Assembly (NCBI GenBank): GCA_024653905.1
Contig: JANLGZ010000019.1
Span: 1-37,923 of the forward strand
Reading direction: 5' to 3'
From: an archaeon
Lineage (GTDB): Archaea > Iainarchaeota > Iainarchaeia > Iainarchaeales > Iainarchaeaceae
Length of the DNA: 37,923 bases
Shown here: positions 32,536-37,923 of the stretch, piece by piece
How the letters are laid out: each line of letters starts with the position of its first letter
Position numbering within the stretch: the stretch's first letter is position 1
Translations under genes and position numbers: made by a program
Notes under the pieces: model-generated
The model's input: only the letters and a program-made list of their open reading frames with translations
The model's database searches: none
Told to the model about the DNA's origin: nothing

Positions 32536-33089
32536 TTTTTAGTTAACCATTCACCTAGTTTTCTGGTTGCAATGGCCCTGTGAGAAATTTTGTTTTTTTC
32601 ATCCAGCGGAATATCAACTAATGCTTTTTTGTAACCGTTTGGAATGAAAAGTTTCTCATAAGGAAGCCTGTTTTTATCAAGAGAAACTGTTTTATCCAAT
32701 AAATACCCTTTCAGTTTCCCTGAAAAAACTTTGTACTTTTTCCCATCAAAATAAGCAACAGCAGTTTTGAAATAACACTTTTTATTTTTCGCATTTTTTA
32801 TAAGATTCAGCAAACCAGAAAAACCAATTCCAAGATAAATTCTTTTCGCCATTACCCCGGGAAAATTATTATAACCTTCAAAGTAAACTCCTGTATCCTC
32901 AGCAATAACTGGTTTTTTTATTTTTTCAAATGCCTGCCTTGCTTTTTCTTTCGCAATTTTTTCAATCGAATCAAAATCAGGTTCAAAAATTTCTAATTCA
33001 ATTTGTTTAATTTTAACCCCATACTCTTTGAGGATTTTGCTCATTTCATAAACTTTATGCGAATTACCAGTACATATTACAAGGTTCAT
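32532..33089 (-). CDS. non-canonical purine NTP pyrophosphatase (HAM1/RdgB/ITPase family)
   Basis: 185 aa. VICTGNSHKVYEM, AEDTGVYFEGYNNFPGV, F....F.P.G.........K...SHR..A...L is characteristic of the family. Confidence 0.8.
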   Translation of the reverse strand: MNLVICTGNSHKVYEMSKILKEYGVKIKQIELEIFEPDFDSIEKIAKEKARQAFEKIKKPVIAEDTGVYFEGYNNFPGVMAKRIYLGIGFSGLLNLIKNAKNKKCYFKTAVAYFDGKKYKVFSGKLKGYLLDKTVSLDKNRLPYEKLFIPNGYKKALVDIPLDEKNKISHRAIATRKLGEWLTKN

Positions 33090-33481
33090 TCATCTTCCTC
33101 TTTTATTTCAACAAAAGTAAGATTTATTGTGAACCCATCCTCAGCTTTTCCTCTCACCAAAGTACCATGCACTGGAGGCTTATCAGCAGTAACGATTTTC
33201 ATCTGGCCAAAAAGCTCATCATAACTAAGAGTGAAACTCCCAGAAGCAGTTAGAATAGTTTTGTTTTTTATGACACTTGCCTTGAAGTTCCCTCCTTCAA
33301 AATAATTAATAACCGCTTCCTGTATTTTTCCATCAACAAAACCCACCTGAACCTTATCCAAATGATGTTCTTTCATACCCTGCTTTATGCTTTCAATTAA
33401 GCCATCTCCTTGATCAAGAACCAATTTTAAGTTTTTCTTGATTCCTTTACCATTAAACAAATGAGCATCCACATGAGGCAT
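33086..33481 (-). CDS. hypothetical protein, possibly PPC/DUF296-like
   Basis: 131 aa. The pattern L..G....E.I......H.....V...G.I.......F.........ILTASGSF....ELFGQMKIV.......HG.LV.G... loosely resembles the PPC (DUF296) fold. Its stop overlaps the downstream ATG (ATGA). Confidence 0.3.
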   Translation of the reverse strand: MPHVDAHLFNGKGIKKNLKLVLDQGDGLIESIKQGMKEHHLDKVQVGFVDGKIQEAVINYFEGGNFKASVIKNKTILTASGSFTLSYDELFGQMKIVTADKPPVHGTLVRGKAEDGFTINLTFVEIKEEDE

Positions 33482-33532
33482 GAAATAAAATAGTTAGATT
33501 GTCTTATTAAATATTTTGACAAAAATTATAAC

Positions 33533-33817
33533 ATGGCAAGCGACTTGTTTGGATTACTTGGATTAGGTTTGATATTACTTGCGTGGATTCCAGGACTGCT
33601 GGAAACAATAAAATCCGGAAAACCAGGGATGCTGAAACGCTTTATGGTTCTTTATTTTTTAGGTTCATTAAGCCTTGGAATTTACGCCTGGCAGTTAAAC
33701 GCAATCCCCTTTGTAATCCTCAACATCATGGCAGCAATAGTGCCTTTAGTGCATTTGTACTTTTTTATCAAAAAACACGGGCTAAAAAGCATTTTAACAC
33801 CTTCAAGTGAACTTTAA
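33533..33817 (+). CDS. small 3-TM membrane protein (PQ-loop / lipid-A-disaccharide-synthase N-terminal-domain-like)
   Basis: 94 aa with three helices. FMVLYFLGSLSLGIYAWQLNAIPFVILNIMAAIVPLVHLYFFIKK resembles the FW.lS..Gs..L..Y......vf....... motif of that family. Confidence 0.4.
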   Translation: MASDLFGLLGLGLILLAWIPGLLETIKSGKPGMLKRFMVLYFLGSLSLGIYAWQLNAIPFVILNIMAAIVPLVHLYFFIKKHGLKSILTPSSEL

Positions 33818-33842
33818 ATAAGTTTCTCAATTTTGTGATAGC

Positions 33843-35078
33843 ATGGCACAGAAAGAATATGATGTTGTTATAGTTGGCGGAGGTCCTGCAGGATCATCAA
33901 CTGCAATGTTTCTGAAAAGAAACGGAGTTGACAATGTTCTGCTTATTGATAAGGCAACTTTTCCAAGAGATAAAATCTGCGGAGATGCATTCTCAGGAAA
34001 AAGCATGGGCATTGCAAGAGAACTTGGAATAATTGATGATTTCAAAAAAGTCCCTAATGAATCAGTTTACGGAGTATTATTCAGCAGTCCAAAAGGAACA
34101 CAAGTTGAGGTACCGTTTCCTGGTTGTGAAGGAAAAATAAAAACCAAACCAGGATTTGTTGTGAGAAGAATCAACGGAGATAATATTTTGTTCCAAAGAG
34201 CAAAAAAACAAGTTGATACTTTAGAAGATTTTACTGTAACTGATTTAACATGGGAAAATGATTTTGTAACGGGATTAAAAGGAAAGAAAAAAACAGGAGA
34301 AGAATTTTCAATCAAAGCAAAAGTTATTGTCGGTGCTGACGGCGCCAATAGCACAATAGGACAAAAAGCAAAAATTGAACCAAATCCGCCTGAACATCAG
34401 GTTATTGCAACAAGAGCTTATTACAAAGGCGTAACCGGAATGAGTAACAACATAGAATTACATTTTGTGGATGAAATCATGCCAGGTTATTTCTGGATTT
34501 TTCCGCTGGATAATGGATGGGTAAATGTTGGCGTAGGATTATTAGTAAGTGAAAAAAATAAAAGAAAACTCAATCTGAAAGAAACCCAAGAAAAAATAAT
34601 AAGAGAAAATCCTTTATTCAAAGAAAGATTTGCAAACGCAAAAATTGATGAACAAGGAATTAAAGTATGGACCTTGCCTGTTGGGTCATTCCACAAAAAG
34701 AACCATGGAAATGGCTGGGTTCTTGTGGGAGATGCAGCCTCACTCATTGACCCATTCTCTGGAGAAGGAGTTGGAAATGCAATGACCTCTGGAAAATTCG
34801 CAGCAAAATACATTGCAAAAGCATTAAAAGAAAATAATGTTTCAAAAGCGAACTTTGACGATTATGATAAAGAATTATGGAATGCAATAGGCTCTGAAAT
34901 AAAAACATCTTACAGATTACAGAGATTAGGCAGCATAAAATTCCTTTTGAACATGTTTATTGACAAAGCAGTACAGAAAAAAGAAGTAAAAGACATAATT
35001 TCAGGAATGCTCGCAAACGAAGAAGCAAAAAAAGAATCAACCTCAACATTAAGTTTACTGAAAGTATTCCTGACCTGA
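33843..35078 (+). CDS. geranylgeranyl reductase family FAD-dependent oxidoreductase
   Basis: 411 aa. YDVVIVGGGPAGSSTA (dinucleotide fold), KICGDAFS, VIVGADGANS, GYFWIFP and LVGDAASLIDPFSGEGVGNAM. Confidence 0.85.
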   Translation: MAQKEYDVVIVGGGPAGSSTAMFLKRNGVDNVLLIDKATFPRDKICGDAFSGKSMGIARELGIIDDFKKVPNESVYGVLFSSPKGTQVEVPFPGCEGKIKTKPGFVVRRINGDNILFQRAKKQVDTLEDFTVTDLTWENDFVTGLKGKKKTGEEFSIKAKVIVGADGANSTIGQKAKIEPNPPEHQVIATRAYYKGVTGMSNNIELHFVDEIMPGYFWIFPLDNGWVNVGVGLLVSEKNKRKLNLKETQEKIIRENPLFKERFANAKIDEQGIKVWTLPVGSFHKKNHGNGWVLVGDAASLIDPFSGEGVGNAMTSGKFAAKYIAKALKENNVSKANFDDYDKELWNAIGSEIKTSYRLQRLGSIKFLLNMFIDKAVQKKEVKDIISGMLANEEAKKESTSTLSLLKVFLT

Positions 35079-35356
35079 TTTGTTTTAATATTGCAAAAAT
35101 ATCTTCACAGAGCACCCCTCTTACAGCTCCTGCATTTTCCACCACCAACGCCTTTGCAATAAGCACCCAACCACAATTTCTCTTGCAGGCATGTAAAAAA
35201 ATAATTAAGCCTACTAGTATTAATTTTTTATATTGCCTAATAAGCAAGGTTAAGGGAAACCACAAATAAAAATTTGATTCAAATATGCACTAAATAGGAA
35301 CATATTTAAATCATATACTGCACATATATTGTAGTATATTTTGCAGGTGATTTTAG

Positions 35357-35599
35357 ATGAATATAGATTTTAGAGGCAAAACAAAACAAATATTGGAAAG
35401 CATGGTTGAAGAGGGATATGCAAACACCCAATCCGAAGCAGCCAGACTAGCAATAGTGCAGTTTGGAGAAGAACACTTCAATGAAGCGGAACTTGTTAAC
35501 AGAAAGCTTGACAAATTGAACAAGGACATTGATGAAGGTAAAAGCAAACTTTTGACTCCTGAAGAAGCTTTGGGAAAGTACGCAAAATTCTTGAAGTAG
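35357..35599 (+). CDS. type II antitoxin-like protein (ribbon-helix-helix-like)
   Basis: 80 aa. LESMVEEGYANTQSEAARLAIVQF is RHH/antitoxin-like. It sits 7 nt upstream of a RelE-like ORF. Confidence 0.55.
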   Translation: MNIDFRGKTKQILESMVEEGYANTQSEAARLAIVQFGEEHFNEAELVNRKLDKLNKDIDEGKSKLLTPEEALGKYAKFLK

Positions 35600-35606
35600 A
35601 TAAAAC

Positions 35607-35870
35607 ATGTACAAACCAACTTTTCACAAAGACTGGCCAGAACACTTCAGCAAATTAGAGCACCTTATAAAGGAACGCACCTCAAAGAAAATACAGAAAA
35701 TTCTTGAACACCCACAAAAAAGGCATCTTGAAAGCAGAGCCAAATATTTTGTCGATAAAGTAGGTCAATACCGAATTTTGTACATGATTTTTGAAGAAAA
35801 ACAAGAAGTACGATTCTTCTTTGTCGGAAACCATAAAGAATACGAAAAATGGTACAAACAATTCTTCTGA
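35607..35870 (+). CDS. RelE/ParE-family type II toxin
   Basis: 87 aa. K.L......I.KKI.KILE.P.....L.......VGQYRILYMIFEEKQEVRFFFVGNHKEYE is the typical RelE/YoeB-like layout. Confidence 0.7.
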   Translation: MYKPTFHKDWPEHFSKLEHLIKERTSKKIQKILEHPQKRHLESRAKYFVDKVGQYRILYMIFEEKQEVRFFFVGNHKEYEKWYKQFF

Positions 35871-35888
35871 CTCATTTTCTTAAATCGT

Positions 35889-36356
35889 TTATCTTCTGCG
35901 GATTGGTTTAAAGTGCGGATTATGGTCGGCATCAAGACGTTTAAAAAATTTCTCACCGTGCTCATTGGGAGCGCCACGATATATGTCAAATTCTCTAGCT
36001 ATTGCTATTTTTTCTGCTTCAAGATACAAAGCCGTGCCAACAGTAAATTTTTTTTCCCTAAAAAGGGCTTTTGATTCATCTTTTTTAGACCAAAGTGCTT
36101 CTATATTAAAAAGTTTTATTTTATTACGCGCAGAAAGAGCTATCACTCCAAGTAAATTACCGCCTTTAACCATACACAAAACAACATTAGCAGGGTTGCC
36201 TAAAATTTTGGCCCATTGTATAACTCGGGAGTCATGTAAATCTTCATATCCTACACTGTTGATTGTAGCCACTCCTTGTATAGCCTCTTCTTGTAAGTTA
36301 GAAGGCAGTTCTTTGAAGTTTATTATTTTAAAATTATCACTCATACTAAATAACAA
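35889..36356 (-). CDS. GNAT-like acetyltransferase (tentative)
   Basis: 155 aa. NLLGVIALSARN....FNIEALWS........REKKFTVGTALYLEAEKIAIAREF resembles the GNAT beta4-alpha3 (R/Q)xxGx(G/A) region. Confidence 0.4.
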   Translation of the reverse strand: MLFSMSDNFKIINFKELPSNLQEEAIQGVATINSVGYEDLHDSRVIQWAKILGNPANVVLCMVKGGNLLGVIALSARNKIKLFNIEALWSKKDESKALFREKKFTVGTALYLEAEKIAIAREFDIYRGAPNEHGEKFFKRLDADHNPHFKPIRRR

Positions 36357-36824
36357 TATTCAATGTGGTTTAAATGTTTTATTAAATCCTTAAAATACAG
36401 AAAATGAGTAACAAGAATTTAGCGCCTCACAAAAAGGTTTAAAGCTATATAACACGCGAGTATTATGGACAATGATGAGGTTACCGCAGAAACTTTGTTG
36501 CGGCGTTGACACGAATTTTCGCTTTCAAGGCAGTTAACTTAAATACGAGTTGGTTCGTAACCTATACGAACTAATTGGGAGTTGAAGGTCAGCTTCAAAT
36601 GTTACATTGAAATGTAACATTCCTACGGGGTTTGTTACGGTTTTTCATAACCTTTTGGCAAGGCGTATGAAACAGACGTTTGCAGCTAAAAGCACCCATA
36701 AAATCGCCGATTAATAGCCAAAAACAAGCGATATTTTGCCACTATTGCCAGATTTTGACTAAAAACACCCAATAAAAACATTAAACTAAACATTTTTATA
36801 TACTTTTGTTTAGTATACTTATCT

Positions 36825-37923
36825 ATGTTGCGGGATGATTTGGAGTTACAGAAACGGGAATTGGAAAAGCGGTTAGCAGAACCCTATGTTGAGCGCGATG
36901 TGAAATTCCGGAATTTGAATAGTGATTTGATAAAAGTGATTATTGGTCCGCGTCGTGCCGGAAAATCTTTTTTTGCGATTCACGAGCTGCAAAAATTGGG
37001 TTCGTTTGGATACGTGAATCTGGATGATGAACAATTGGCCAAGGTTGAGAATTTTAATGAAATTTTGGCGGTGGTGGATGAATTGTATGGTTCGCCACGT
37101 TTTTTGTTGTTGGATGAAATCCAAAATTTTCCCAAATGGGAATTGTTGGCAAACCGGCTGCAACGGCAGGGAAAAAACCTGTTTTTAACAGGCAGCAATT
37201 CAAATCTATTGAGCAAGGAACTCGCCACGCATCTGACAGGGCGACATACACTGGCACATGTTTTTCCATTTTCGTTTCGCGAGTTTCTGGAATTGGAAAA
37301 ACGGGAATTGACAACTACTGAAAAAAAGGAAAAATTATTGACATACGCGAGGCAGGGCGGATTTCCGGAACCATTAGTGAAGAAAATGGATTTTGTGGAT
37401 TACATTGCCCGCCTTTTTGATGCAGTGGTTTACAAGGACATCGTATCGCGGTATAAAATCAGGCGCATTAAAACCCTGCAAGAAACTGCGCGAATTCTGT
37501 TTGGAAACATAGCCAAAGAATTTTCATTTACTTCACTCAAAAACTCGATTCAGGGGACAAGCGTTATTACGCTCCAGCAATATGTTTCGTATTTGGAAGA
37601 AGCATACGTTTTTTTTGGAATTCCGCGTTTTTCTTTCAAAGTAAAAGAACAGGAAAGCTCCAATCGGAAAATGTACTGTTTTGACAATGGTTTTATTTTT
37701 GCCAAGGCGTTTAAAACCAGCCCGGATTGGGGTAGATTGCTTGAAAACCTGGCAGCCATTGAATTAAAAAAAGGCGAAATTGAACAAAAGCACAATGTTT
37801 ATTACTGGAAAAACCAGCAGCACGAGGAAGTGGATTTCGTAATAAAAGAAGGAACAAAAATAACAAAGCTAATTCAGGTTTGCTATGATGTTTCCAACCC
37901 TGACACAAAGAAAAGAGAGATTC
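36825..37923 (+). CDS. AAA ATPase of the COG1373 / DUF4143 family (3' partial, runs off the window)
   Basis: Open frame from the ATG at 36825 to the window end, so it is absent from the ORF track. Hand translation gives MLRDDLELQKRELEKRLAEPYVERDVKFRNLNSDLIKVIIGPRRAGKSFFAIHEL..., with Walker A GPRRAGKS and Walker B FLLLDEIQNFPKWE. ...FPFSFREF... and ...VDFVIKEG... are typical of this family. GC is visibly higher than in the rest of the window. Confidence 0.75.
   Translation, partial: MLRDDLELQKRELEKRLAEPYVERDVKFRNLNSDLIKVIIGPRRAGKSFFAIHELQKLGSFGYVNLDDEQLAKVENFNEILAVVDELYGSPRFLLLDEIQNFPKWELLANRLQRQGKNLFLTGSNSNLLSKELATHLTGRHTLAHVFPFSFREFLELEKRELTTTEKKEKLLTYARQGGFPEPLVKKMDFVDYIARLFDAVVYKDIVSRYKIRRIKTLQETARILFGNIAKEFSFTSLKNSIQGTSVITLQQYVSYLEEAYVFFGIPRFSFKVKEQESSNRKMYCFDNGFIFAKAFKTSPDWGRLLENLAAIELKKGEIEQKHNVYYWKNQQHEEVDFVIKEGTKITKLIQVCYDVSNPDTKKREI

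Noticed and set aside
33583-33810. 75-aa + strand ORF overlapping the 3-TM protein gene in another frame
   Set aside because: The 33533-33817 frame gives three clean TM helices with a family-like motif. The alternative frame is basic, low-complexity and has no start context.
34957-35265. 102-aa minus-strand ORF downstream of the reductase gene
   Set aside because: It overlaps the GGR 3' end by about 120 nt and its translation is Leu-rich and motif-free. The unusual C-rich DNA beneath it is reported separately as a possible non-coding element.
36873-37908. Five minus-strand ORFs (36873-37163, 36980-37228, 37054-37314, 37550-37795, 37711-37908) and the + ORF 37136-37321
   Set aside because: All lie inside the long open + frame encoding a recognisable Walker A/B DUF4143-type ATPase. 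They are shadow or alternative frames.
1-37923. CRISPR arrays, rRNA genes, transposases/IS elements, integrases
   Set aside because: Visual scanning found no regularly spaced direct repeats of CRISPR size, no rRNA-like segments and no transposase or integrase-like translations. The only mobile element seen is the intein.

Overview
AT-rich archaeal chromosomal segment. Archaeal markers are the thermosome, Alba, Sec61-beta, deoxyhypusine synthase, an archaeal-type IleRS, geranylgeranyl reductase and TATA-like promoters. Genes are small and tightly packed, and a genomically encoded tRNA-Ile(UAU) gives the window a DPANN/nano-archaeon flavour (inference only). About 1-22400 and 32000-35100 are mostly housekeeping genes: Bcp peroxiredoxin, ferredoxin, an endonuclease-IV-like TIM barrel, corrinoid adenosyltransferase, a small kinase, thermosome, OB-fold SSB, tRNA-Ile + ileS, dys, Sec61-beta, Alba, a KH protein, ITPase and GGR. 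The standout region is 22493-31961. It holds an eleven-gene, translationally coupled operon in which every product carries a Cys motif, and most products are membrane-anchored, lipobox-bearing or polytopic. Its parts include two proteins ending in the same PDMVGGC C-terminus, a DUF411/CopG-like protein, a DUF411-paralogue::CcdA fusion, a lipoprotein rhodanese fused to an unnamed CCG...C.H domain, two 4-TM Cys proteins and a free TRASH mini-protein. The operon is bracketed by a membrane-tethered wHTH sensor and a PadR-TRASH regulator, and is followed by a Gly/Cys micro-ORF and a YHS-HMA CopA P-type ATPase. I interpret this as a candidate undescribed archaeal envelope copper/thiol-redox system. 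Other notable items: tRNA-Ile(UAU) sits in a highly structured leader directly upstream of ileS; a 160-aa mini-intein splits the Walker A GK|S of a HerA/FtsK-like ATPase; a helically phased TCATGA operator array covers a wHTH gene start; a small membrane ORF has an in-frame TAG; there is a RelE-type TA pair; and composition shifts sharply near 36400 ahead of a partial COG1373-type ATPase gene that the ORF track misses. No rRNA, CRISPR array or transposase was seen. All calls come from reading the translations and hand-counting coordinates. No database search was run.
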